DNA from: Isurus oxyrinchus
Taxonomy: Eukaryota
Assembly: GCA_026770705.1 (NCBI GenBank)
Contig: JANJGN010000003.1
Span: 114,886,001-114,950,000 of the forward strand
Direction of reading: 5' to 3'
Length of the DNA: 64,000 nucleotides
The notes under the pieces are model-generated. The model made no database searches and was not told the origin of the DNA. It was given only the letters and a program-made list of their open reading frames with translations. Positions within the stretch are counted from its first letter, which is position 1, and every line of letters starts with the position of its first letter. The translations under genes were made by a program, and so were the position numbers. Positions 51,975-63,840 of the stretch are shown here, piece after piece.

Positions 51975-52785
51975 GTAATCTGCTGCTTATTTTTTGTGTT
52001 TAAAATGAGAGATGAAGAGAGCATATTACTGAGTTTTATTGAGCAGAGATTAACATTTGATTGAACAATATTAGATACATTTTTAATGAACAGGAATATT
52101 CAATTTTATTACTTGATCGGTGAAAATTGAAGTTTACATTTGAGCTGGTGGATCAGGCTTATTTTTGGAATGAGGCAAATTATATTGATTATCCATTTCA
52201 TTAACAAATCCAAATCTGAAGAAAAACTACTTGTCCTCTACTCACTAACCAAAAGTATCATTAAATATGTATTAACACAGAATCTCCTTGATTCAGCTTG
52301 CGTTGAAATTTGTCATTTATGTCATCAATCGTACCAACAGCAACTTAAACTGAAGTTTTTCAGAAATCTCAAAACATGCACTAATGTAAAAACTGGTATG
52401 AAAGAACTTGAAATCAGCATTCAGAATTCAAACACAGAATATACATTGTATTCCTTTTTTTTTTGAAAAATATACTTTATTCATAAAGTATCTGGAAGAA
52501 TATTCCAAAACGTTTCAAAATCATCATAACAAAAGTACAATCAGATTCAACTTTTACACATGGATCACGAGATGCATCAATACAATCAATGAATATTACA
52601 ATCATTTCAATATGGTCATTACAGACAATGGTATTGGAGTTATCAACGTATATCATGTTGCAGTCTGAGGTGCTTCAATAGAATTATAATACAATTAGTA
52701 TTCAATGCATACATTAATTTTGAGCTGTACAGCCCGAGGGGCTCTCAACAGTTCCTAGCCCCTCGTGCGCTATGGCAGAAAGGTC

Positions 52786-55700
52786 TTAGACAGTGACCTT
52801 TCCCCACTGCATCTTTGTGGCGGCTGCCCCAAGCTTTAGTGTGTCCCTCAGCATGTAGCCCTGGACTTTGGAATGTGCCAGTCTGCAACAGTTGGTTGGG
52901 GACAACTGTTTGCTCTGGAAGACCAACAAGTTTCGGGCAGACCAAAGAGCGTCTTTCACCGAGTTGATGATTCTCCAGCTGCAATTGATGTTTGTCTAGG
53001 TATGTGTCCCGTAGAGCACAGAGTCCTCGACAGAAACCACTGCATCTCTCTCTAGACCTTCTTTGCAAAGGCACAATCCACAAGGAGGTGAACAACGGTC
53101 TCGTCTCCATCACAGCCACCTCGAGGGCAACGTGCAGAGCGGGTGAGACTCCTGGTGTGTTGAAAGGATCTGACAGGGAGGGCCTTTCTCACCACCAGCC
53201 AAGCTACATCTTGGTGCTTGTTGGAAAGTTCTGGCAATGAGGCATTCTACCAAATGAGTTTGACAGTCTGCTCGGGGAACCATCCCACAGGACCCACCCT
53301 CTCCTTTTCCTGTAGGGCCTCTAAGACGTTAGGTTCCGACCACTGCCTGATGGAGTTGTGGTCAAAGGTGTTTCTCTGCATAAATTTTTCCACGAGGGAC
53401 AGGTGTTACGGCATGGTCCAACTACTTGGAGCATTCCGCGGCAGCGTGGCCAGACCCATCCTTCGCAACTCCGGGGACAGGTAGAACCTCAGCATGTAGT
53501 GACATTTGGTGTTTGCGTACCGAGGGTCCACGCACAGCTTGATGCAGCCGCACACAAAGGTGGCCATCAGTATGAGGGCGATGTTGGGCATGTTTTTCCC
53601 CCCCTTATCTAGAGGCTTGTACATCGCGTCCCTGCGGACACGATCCATTTTCAACCTCCAGATAAAGCGAAAGATGGCTCGGGTGATCGCCATCGTGCAG
53701 GAGTCTGGAATGGACCAAACCTGTGCCATGTACAGCAACAGCGAGAGTGCCTCACACCTGATGACCAGGTTCTTACCCGCAATGGAGAGGGAGCGTCGCT
53801 CCCACATGCCTGGTTTTCTTTGCACCAAAGACACTCGCTCCTTCCAGTTTCTAATGCATGCCCCGGTCCCTCCAAACTATATCCCCAGCATCTTCAGGCC
53901 GTCAGCCCTGACGGTGAAGGGGACAAAGGATGGGTCTGCGCAATTCCCAAAGAACATGGCCTCACTCTTCCCACGATTTACCTTGGCTCCCGAGGCCAGT
54001 TCGAACTGGTCGCAGATGTGGATCAGTCTGCATACCGACAGCGGATCTGAGCAGAAGACGGTGACATCATCCACGTACAGGGAGACTTTGACCTGAGTGC
54101 CTCCACTGCCTGGGATTGTCACTCCTCTTATGCCCGGATCCTTCCTGATGGACTCTGCTAAGGGTTCTATGCAACATACAAACAGGACAGGGGAGAGAGG
54201 GCAGCCCTGCCTGACTCCAGATTTAATAGGAAAGCTATCTGATTCCCACCCATTGATTGAGGCGGTGCTACTGAAGTTAGTGTAGAGCAGTTGGATCCAA
54301 TTGCGAATTCCGTCCCCAAACCCCATTTTGGAGAGCACATCCACCATGTAGGTGTGCGATATTCTGTCAAAGGCCTTCTCCTGATCCAGGCTGATGAGGC
54401 AGGTGTCCACACCCCTGTCCAACACATAGGGAATCGTATCCCTGAGAAGTGTGAGGCTGTCAGAGGTCTTCCTGCCGGGCACAGTGGAGGTCTGGTCAGG
54501 GTGGATCACCAATTCTAGAGTGGACTTGACCCGATTGGCGATGACCTTGGACAGAATCTTATAGTCCACATTTAACAGTGAAATCGGTCACCAATTTCTA
54601 ATTTCCTCCCTTTCCCCCTTGTGCTTGTAGATGAGGATGATGATGCCTTTCCTCATGGATTCTGACATGCTGCCGGCCAGAAGCATGCTCTAGTACACTT
54701 CTAGCAGGTCTGGACCAATCCAGTCCCACAGAGCCGAATAGAACTCTGCCGGCAAGCCGTCACTTTCGTGAGTTTTACTCTTCTCGAAGGACTCAAGGGT
54801 CTTAGTCAGTTCGTCAGGAGTTAGCGGTTTGTCCAGGCCCTCCCGTGTACTGTCATCTAAGACCTCCATGATAGAGGACAGGAAGGACTGGGAGGCCTTG
54901 CTGTCTGTGGGCTTCACATCATACAATCCAGCATAAAAGGATTTGCTGATCCTCAAAATGACAGATTGCGATGACTTTACTGAGCCGTCTTCTTCCTTCA
55001 GGCTGCTGATCGCAGAGCTCTCTCTGTGTACCTTTTGGAAGAAGAAACGTGAGCACTTCTCATCCTGCTTCACAGAGCGGACTTTGGAATGGAAGATGAT
55101 CTTGGAGGCCTCCAAGGCAAAGAGCGAGGCTTGCTGGCTCTTCACCATTTGGAGTTCCTCCTTGACATCGACCCCCATCGACTGCAGCCGGAGCAGGTTC
55201 TGCGTGTTTTTCTGGAATCAGGACATTTCCCCCTGTTCCTTTTTAGCTTTCTGGGCGCCTTTGAGGATGAAAAACCTCTTGATGTTTCCCTTGATCGCTT
55301 CCAACCAGTGTGTCAGGGACTCAAAGAGGGGTTTCATGGTTCTCCAACCTTTGTAATCCCTCTTGAGCTCCTCAATGTTCTCAGGGGTCAGCAGTTGCAC
55401 GTTTAGCTTTCATGCTCCTCTGCCCACCCTCTGGTCTTCCAGTCAGCCAGTAGGAGGCAGTGGTCAGAGAAGAACACTGGCTTGACATCGGTGGATCTGC
55501 CTGTGAATGCACAGGACACAAATAGGAAGTCTATTCTGGAACGGATGGACCGGTCTGGCCATGACCAGGTGTATCTACGCTGCGCGCCGTCTGCAGGGTT
55601 GCTGAAGACATCGTGCAGCCTGGCATCCTTAACTGTTTCCATCAGGGATCTGGACGTAGCATCCAATCTGCTGTCGGCCCTGCCGGATCATCCAGCCACA

Positions 55701-56142
55701 TCGATGATGCAGTTGAAGTCACCGCCCAGAATGACCAGCCTGGAGGGCACCAGCAGGAGTGGGAGCTGCTGAAAGACCGCCCGCCGCTCGCCCTTTTGTG
55801 CCAGGGCGTGCACGTTAATTAACCGGAGTGGAGCATTCTTGTACATTACATCTGCTATGAGGAGGCACCCACCCACCACCTTCTTAACGTCAGAGTGGTG
55901 AAGTTGCCTCCCCGCAGCAGAATACCCAGGCTGGAGGAACGAGAGTCGTTTCCTCCTGACCAGATCGATGGCCCGTGGGACCACCATCGTGACCATTGCC
56001 TTTAGGGGCTGAGGTGCGGTATCACACACTCCTGCAGAAACAACAGGTCAGCTTTGACCTTGGCAAGGTAGTCCAAGGTCGCAATACATTGCGTAGTAGA
56101 TTTAATGCTACGCACATTTATGGATACAATCTTTACACCCAC
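52786..56142 (-). pseudogene. Tx1 ORF2 (AP-endonuclease, reverse transcriptase, C-terminal Cys/His domain), disrupted
   Basis: Endonuclease motifs SINVRS, LFLQE, GGDFN, RIDFLF, SDH. RT motifs LDQEKAFDR, QGCPLSP, YVDD. C-terminal CPRGGCDGDETVVHLLVDC. Several frameshifts and stops. Confidence 0.9.
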
Positions 56143-56152
56143 TTTAAAGCAT

Positions 56153-57666
56153 TTAGTCTCTTACCAAACCTGTTGTCTTTGAGAGTTCCAGACCTTTGGT
56201 CTGCTCCTGCATATCCATATTGTTCACAAATTGCCCCACTTTGGATGGGCTGAGGAAACTGTCCTGAACCACCCCATTGGAGATGTTCCGCTCAGGTGGC
56301 ATCTGGGGATTTGCACCAGGATCGAGATTCGAATTGTTCTCTGTTGGAGAAGACTCTCCGATCCTCTCCCCCTCTGGGGCGTTGCTGTTCCTGTCTTCCC
56401 GGAGCTGGGGTGCACTGAGTGCTTCACTGCTCCCAGATTCCTGGGGCTGGGATGTGCTGGCCTTTTCTGGTTGTGGGCAAAGTTGGGGTGCACTGGTCTC
56501 CTCGTTGTCTCCAGTGTACTGGAGCTTGGGTGTCTCATCCTCCAACTCCCTAGAGCTTTGCCGCTTCCTCTGTAGGTGCCGCCCTTCCCTTTCTTTCTCC
56601 AAAGAGCAGCTGCCCTTGTCATCTGTGTCAGATGGGAGACGCCTCTGGGAAGTGGCTTGGTCCCTTCTGAGCCTGTTCTTCCTTTTGACTCTCTTCACCA
56701 GCTGCCACTCCGCCTGCTGATTCTCCGCTGCTTCCTCCTCCATTGATTCGCTCTCCTGAGGAGTGGGAGGTTCACGGGGCAGTGCAGTTGATTGGCTGTT
56801 TGCTGTCTTAATCTTTTCCTCCACCTTGACTTTCTCTGTGCCCTCCTTTGTCCTGTTGTTCTCACTGGGGGCCTTGGTTGTTGGGGTTGCAAGTGTCCTT
56901 TGTAATAGTGACACGAAGCATTTCAACTGCTTCCCCCTCGTTGGCTTTAGCTGCTGCTGCATAAGTGAGGCAGCATTTGGGGCAGTTCCTGTAGAGGTGG
57001 CCTGCCTTGCCACACAGGTTGCACACTTAGTCTTTTGCAGTCCTTTGTCAGGTGTCCTTCCTGCTTGCTGTTCTTGCAGAGGATGGCACTCCAATTGGCC
57101 GCCACATGACCAGACTTGCCACATGAGCGACAAAGTTTGGGCTGCCCAGCGTAGACAAGGTAGCCACGGCTTCCCCTGATAGCGAATCTGGAAGGAGAGT
57201 GGAAGATGGCTCCCTTACCATCGGTCTTGAGCATGACCTTGACCTGGCGTTTGCTTGTCCAAATCCCGAAGGCGTCTCTAACCTCAGTGCAGCTCCCAAC
57301 TTTGTTGACGTACCTGGCGAGGAAGGTGAACACATCGGCGGCAGGTACCACACAGTCCCGTTGCAATGGCAGAGCAAAGAGCGACTCCACCGTCAGTATC
57401 TTCATCTCCTGCTGGCCTCTCTTCTCCTTGAACACCTTCAGGAACTTGACGCAAGCTGCCACACTCCTGAAAGTCACATTGAAAAATCTAGCACTGGGGA
57501 AGTCTTGCAGGGAGTAGATCTCCTCCGCTTCAAATCCACATGCCTTCAACAGGATCCACTTGATGAAGAAGGCCCGATCCATGGGTGCTCGTCCTTCGTT
57601 GTCCTTCACTGCCACCCGAACGGTGTTATGTACTCCATGGTATGGGGCTCGACTGGTTATAGCCAT
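56153..57666 (-). pseudogene. Tx1 ORF1 (gag-like, three CCHC zinc knuckles), frameshifted
   Basis: ATG at 57666 (MAITSRAPYHGVHNTVRVAVK...). Knuckles CRSCGKSGHVAANW, CKNSKQEGHLTKDC and a third in a shifted frame, then a long charged C-terminus ending at the stop at 56153. Confidence 0.85.
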
Positions 57667-57677
57667 CGCTTCACAAT

Positions 57678-57702
57678 TACACTTGATCTTAGCCAAAATG
57701 CC
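57678..57702 (-). other. U2 snRNA-derived 25-nt fragment (U2 nt 11-35) forming the 5' end of the Tx1 element
   Basis: The - strand reads GGCATTTTGGCTAAGATCAAGTGTA versus U2 GGCCUUUUGGCUAAGAUCAAGUGUA: 24/25 against the vertebrate U2 sequence recalled from memory. Confidence 0.9.
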
Positions 57703-58247
57703 TACACTGTATTCCTTCTCTTCATGCCCTTCTTTATTTAATGGATGTTAAACTAAAGGCTAAAGCTATAAAACTATCATTTATAGCCTTAAGCAAAGCA
57801 TATTTAAGAAAATCTAATTATGGAGGTTTTTCTTTTTTTAATATAAAATTCAGATACCATGAAAATTAATTCAAAGATGTAGAAAATATAATGCCAGTCT
57901 CAGCAAAAAAGAAAAATGACTATGAAGTACCAGAATCCTGTAGCACCTACAATTTTCTGTAACAATTTGCATCTGCTTAGAAGTTACATAAATGCAGCAA
58001 GATCACCTTCACTGGTATTCTGCATGAGGGCAGAGCAATTTGAATTAAGTGAAGTTTCAGTAGATGATACGCGATTACAATAAAAATGATTGAGATAGTT
58101 TATGCATATTGAGGTGCTGTGAAACAAGTGTAAGTCTTTTGATTTGTGAGTCTCTTCAGGAATTCCTGGCATGATTCAGCTCTTATGCAGTTGTTGCATT
58201 GTAAACTATGAGGCCATTACCTTTTTCTTTAAGTTGGTTTTAACTAT

Positions 58248-58970
58248 GGCCTGGATTTTGTAGTAGTAATGACAGCAAAACTGTCAGTGTTCTTTGTCAT
58301 TATTCCTCTGAAACTGACAGCAATGTTTGGAGTCTGCTAGTGCGTAACTAAACCTGGAAATACAGAAGTTGCTGTCGGTAATTCTAAGCTTCTCCATTGG
58401 TTATGCTGTTGAATTCTCTGTAGATAGAAATTGATTAGAAAACTTCCACTTTTGTGCTATAATATTGTTATTTAAAAACTGTCGAAAAAGTTGTCAATGA
58501 GGTGTAACTGGATTTTTGACGGTGTTTTAAGTTGTAGTTAATGTTGAACAACCTCTCTGGCCCTGGAAAACTAATTTGGTATTTTAATAATGTCAATATT
58601 TTGCTTTATGATTATTCCATAAATTTTTATTGTAACTTCTATAAAAGTTTGCACATGATATTTCAACTTCTACTGTGTTTGTCCCAATCTTTATTTCACT
58701 TGCTGTAAAACGTATAAAAGGTGAAGGATAATCAGAGCATTTTACTTTTTGGTTTGCTCTCTGAGAACTCTTCAATATGTTTGGCAGTTTACCCTGATTA
58801 ATGACGTCACTGTTGCCGGATACCTGGAGAACCCCTTGACTTGGCACCAAATTCAAATAACATCGTAAAAGATTAAACCACACCACAGAGATCGCTAGAA
58901 CTTTGAGGGCAGCTTTCTTCGAGATTAGCAGCGAGCACTGTCGTTCGCTACTGACCACAAAATCTAAGCT
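58248..58970. mobile_element. Harbinger-type MITE with 3-bp TSD
   Basis: tat|GGCCTGGATTTTGTAGT...ACCACAAAATCTAAGCT|tat: imperfect TIRs flanked by TAT on both sides. Confidence 0.65.
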
Positions 58971-60269
58971 TATCTCTTTGACTCTGAAAACATCTGGAGC
59001 TCAAGAGCTGCTAATGGAGTCCTAAGTAACTTTGATCCTGAAATTGATTTCTGCCAGAAAATTTGGTATAATTTCAATTTGGAGAGTATTAATTTGTTAT
59101 TCAAATCTGTAGCTTTCTTTAACAATCATCCGTGCATTGAAAATAATGTACAGATATATTTAATAATCTCATATTCCCAGCAGAGATGGAAGGAAGGTCA
59201 ACATTAGAGTTACAAAACCGTAGTCCTGATTCTCCAAGCCACACTCCTTTTAGCGTTACTTCCTGCTCAGAATGCTGAATTTACTTTGTACTTTAAAATC
59301 AGGATTGTTATAAGGCACTGCAGCTTTAATGCATGATTAAAGATCAATTAATCGAATTCAAAAATGCAGTACAGCAAGACAATTTTGACATATCAAACTC
59401 ATGGATAAGAATAGACCACCTGGTCCATAAAGCCTGTCCATACAGTCAGATTGCAACTAAACATCGTGACCCCCAGTGTTCCCTTTTCAACTGGAGGAAC
59501 CATATAGCCTTCTGGGAGAGGTGTTAAATAAAACGCCAGGTCAATTCAGGGAAAATGCTCTGCAACCCTCAAAGACAATTAAATGAGATCACCATGGATA
59601 TGAGGGCATATCACTCTCACCTATCTCTTGCATACAGTAATATATGCCTTGACCAGCTTCCTTTAGAATGCTTGAAACAAATCTCCATGAGCCAGCAACT
59701 TGTTCCAAAGATCAGTGACCCTCTATGAGAAGCAAAACTTCTTGATATATGTTCAAAATTCCGAATAGATTGGGAAGTGGCTTAGGGAGCATTTAACCAG
59801 TAGGGACAGTGCTTAAAATATTGACCTTTATCATTGGGATCAATGTTACAAGCTACATAAAACTACATGTTTTTCTCACAGCTAAGTATCTGATGGAAAC
59901 CCATCACTGTATTTGAGCTTCCAATCCAAGCTATTGAGAAACTAACAATTAAGAAATTCTTGTTTGCCCTATAGATTGCATAGTCTCTCCCCATTGGAAA
60001 ACATACTCCATTATCTAATTCTGGGGTGTTTAAGGACAGGTTGGCCATGGATTGGAGACTTCAGGTTTGCACAGATAGTCAGTCAGCAAAATTGCACATC
60101 CTGTTAATTAAGCTTCCCATTGCTCATCCAGCAAGCTAGCAACTGGGCATTATGTGGAGCTGACTGGAATGACAAATGAGAACCCCCTGTCTTTATTAGG
60201 GGTCATAGTTTTGATAGTTTCATTTTGGTCAGTTGATTTGTGATATAAGGTTGCTGTCCTCAATATGTA

Positions 60270-60650
60270 ATTGATGCTGAAGTTGAAATTGAGATAATGC
60301 TGCACTCTCAGACATGTCAAACCTTGGATGAAATGTTAAACTGATCCCCATTTGTCTGCTCAAATAGAATTTAAAAATCCAATGCACTATCCAAACTGGA
60401 GCAGGGAGTTCTCCCAATTCCCTGGTTAACAATCTTTCTATGGTCAGTGTAATTTGTAATTTACCCTGGGAGGAGGGGTGGTGTGGGGGGTGATCATGTT
60501 ATGCACAAAATATCTTATTTATCTGAATTTAAATTATGGTCTCGCTAATAAAGGTCACTTACAGAACGCAATAACTGTGACTTTCAAAAAGCAGTTCCTT
60601 GTAAGTTTTTGGGCTATATTGTGAAGCAGTATATAAATGCCATCCCATTT
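60270..60650 (+). mobile_element. Degenerate Deu-domain SINE
   Basis: ttggatgaaatgttaaactgatccccatttgtctgctc...gcactat...gagcagggagttctccc matches the Deu central domain; the tail ends tatataaatgc. Confidence 0.55.
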
Positions 60651-62909
60651 ATCCAAAATTCTAGATTGATAAAATAACTAAAGCATGGGCTTTATAGAGA
60701 AATTTGCTTTTGTTCTGACCTTGTATTTTAAATGAAAGGTAAAGGCAATAAAATAACATTGAGGGGAAAAAATTAAAATAGAAATGTATTTTGCTCTAAG
60801 GTATTATTTTCATTACAGTGGAGCCTCACCTATTCATCATAATGGAGCATATGCCTCCCTTTCCCCAGTGGATAATAGAATTAGTATATAACTGTGAGGA
60901 TCCAATACTTTAACTTGATGCTGAATTTATGAGCTTCTTATTGACGTATTTAGATTATGGAATTAAGTTTCCATTCTCTGCAAGTAAGATTCACGTTTTC
61001 CCATTTTAAGAATTTGGTATTCATGAGAGTAAATATTGTCCTCCTGATGATGAAGCTTCAACTGTTGATCTTATGACCTGAGCTAATATCAGAGCTCCTA
61101 GAATGTGTATTCTATTTTTCAGCTACATCCATGATCTAAGACTTTGAGAAATCAATTCAAAGCACTTTCTCTGGTTTATGTAAAATTTAAGCCATGGCTC
61201 CTTTGCATTTATGGCACATAATTAAGAGTGCAGATAATGTGAATGTGGATAATTGAGGTTCCACCATAATAAAATGTAATAAACATATAAATTAAATATG
61301 GCTGCATAATTTGCGTAGTATTTTAATCAGCAGTACTACATTTCTCATTTCTTAGCAACAAAAAGCAACTTTTGACACCTCCCTCTTCGCAGCAGTATAA
61401 TAGAATTCTTACAAGGGCTAGGAGCAGTAGGTGTGCCAGGCACAAAGCAGCACTTATCATGAAAAAGTGACCTTTATCTTGTCTGTGATTTGTCTGTTGA
61501 ATTTGGATAAGATATAAAAAAAATAACCTGTGAACTCACTGCAGGGAATCATAACCTTGTGCCCTATCACACTGTGGCGCTTTGGATCTTGCTGGTCAAT
61601 ATTTTATTTTGCAGTAAACCTTCTTTACTACTGTGCCACCTTGAGAGGTGTTTTGTAAAAATAAACTAAATTATGTTCTTTTGCTAATGAGAAAATAAAT
61701 AGCTGGTTTTACACATCTAGTCAGGGTGAAACTCACACCCATGATTATTCAATATGAGTCATGTTCTCAAGCATGTTCTCCCTGCATTGGCTTGCATGTT
61801 CTCCCTACATTGGCCTATGTGCTTTAAACTGGGAATGTATGGTCTTGTTTCTGGTTTGTTGTGGAAGTACACAAGGTATTATTTACTTGGACTCATTTTC
61901 ATCCCTTAGCTGTTTCTTTCTGACAGACCCACTAGTCATGGCCATCATTCTTCCATTATCTCTATCATGGGGTATGACATTTAGATTGTGTTGAGTTGCT
62001 TCTTTATGCTGATCATAAATAATAATTAAACTTGTGGTGGGATATCCTTTGGTCTCTTTTAATCAGTTGCATTGAACTTGACCTGTTTAACCTGTAACTA
62101 TTGAAAATATGGTAACTACATTTTGGCTTTAAAACTTATTCCATCAGTAATAATAATTGCTTCTAGTTTTGAAATCATGCCAGAGTATTTATATGATCTT
62201 GCTGGTCAATATTTTATTTGTCATGGGAAGTAGTAGTCTGTTGAGTGTGTTTTAACTATTAGTATGGTATAATTAATCATACTCACTGAAACAAATCAGT
62301 ATAGAAATGCATAGACAAAGGAGAAGGCCATTTGGCCCTTCAAATTCATGCCAGCTTTCTGTAAAGTAATCCACTCAGTCACGTTACCCGATTCTATCCC
62401 ATAGGCCTGCAAGTTCATTTTCCTCAAGTGCCATCTAATTTCCTTTTGAAATCACTTTGCTCCTACAACCTTCATATGCATTGAGTTCCATATGAATGAA
62501 TTCAGAAACATTCTTACATTAAAATTGGAAGAACGACAAAGTTAAGGAACTCAAACTGACAGGATACCACTGATTTTAATCAAAAACAAAAAGCAAATGT
62601 TCTCTGAAGAACAAAATTCCTTTCCTACTTTTCACTTAAATTTTGGTGTGGAATGTAGCTGAATTGCATAGTCATGGTGTTTAAATGTTGAATTAGAGCA
62701 CAGCTCATTGATTAAAGAGTTTGAATGATCAGTCTTTAGTCTTTAACCATTATGGATAGTTTAAATCTTGTATTGTAATATCTTGAAACTGAAAAGGTAT
62801 TCTTGGATTAAGTGCATGTAACTTGTTACTCAGTTTGGGAACAAAATAGCAATGATTACAATTCTATTTGTTTTCAAACTCCACAATCAATATCAACTTT
62901 TTTATTGTT

Positions 62910-63430
62910 CTGACATCAATCCAACATCTTTCTCAAGAGCTATCATCACCACCCTCCTCGAAACTCTTCTTAGCCCTCCCACCTTCTCAAAATATCACCC
63001 TATCTTAAATTTTGCCTTTCCCTCCTAAGTCTTGGAAGACGCTGCTGTTTCAAAATAATGCCATTACTTTCACTCCATGTTTTGAGACCCTGCAATCTGG
63101 TCCATGCCCTCCCCACAGGAAAGATGCAGCTTTTGTCATAGTTACTAATGGCATTCTCTAATCTATCCACTGATGATTATTCTATCCTCCTCCAATACCT
63201 CTCCTTGACAGTGCAGCTAATGGCATGGTTCACAAATAATTCCATTTATAACTGTCCCAGTGAGAATACTGTAAATCATTCAATGGATTTTCCTCCTGTG
63301 GTTGAGTGGTCTCTGCTGATTGTTTGAAGTGCTCTGTCCATTGTTCCCACTTGCTCAGACTATCCCTTGGTGCCACCATAAAGTAGCACAAAATCAGGTT
63401 GTGTTTTCTACCTCCTCTTTTGACTCAGAG
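62910..63430 (+). mobile_element. Degenerate L2 LINE RT fragment
   Basis: PSTFSKYHPILNFAFPS*VLE resembles L2 DPxxLxNYRPISNLPFLSKVLE. Confidence 0.5.
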
Positions 63431-63494
63431 CCTACTTGATACTTCCTGTCTGATATTTTCTGGATTTAGACAAAACTGAAAGGGATATAACAAC

Positions 63495-63840
63495 TTTATT
63501 TTATAGCACTTTGTTACATCCTCGAGACATCCTGAAGTGCTAATAGATAATGGATTACTTTCAAGATTCATTTGCTGCTGTTATGCAGGCAAAAAAGCAA
63601 ATAAATGAGTGACCTGATGACTTTTGTTGAAAGTGACCTGATGACTGTTGGTTGAAGGATAAATATTGTCCTGCTTGCTGGCAGACTGCATATTCTTTTT
63701 TGAGTGGTGCCATTTGATCTTTTATATATGCTTGAACAAGCAGATGGGGTCTTGATTTTAATATTGCATGCAAAAGTAAGCACTTCTAACAATGTAGCAC
63801 TTCCTCAGTACTGTACTGAAGTGCCAACCAATCTTATGCG
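63495..63840 (-). mobile_element. Degenerate Deu-domain SINE
   Basis: ggttgaaggataaatattg, gtgccatttgatcttttat and gcacttcctcagtactg are reverse-complement Deu domain landmarks. Confidence 0.55.

Larger units (their letters stand above)
52457..57702 (-). mobile_element. Full-length decayed Tx1-clade (L1 group) non-LTR retrotransposon, Keno-like
   Basis: Two ORFs, AATAAA (52476-52481, - strand), poly(A) tail (T10 at 52455-52464 on +), 15-bp TSD TACA[T/C]TGTATTCCTT at 52442-52456 and 57703-57717, and a U2-derived 5' end. Confidence 0.92.

Noticed and set aside
57678-57702. Functional U2 snRNA gene
   Set aside because: Only nt 11-35 are present, with no Sm site or 3' stems at either end of the element.
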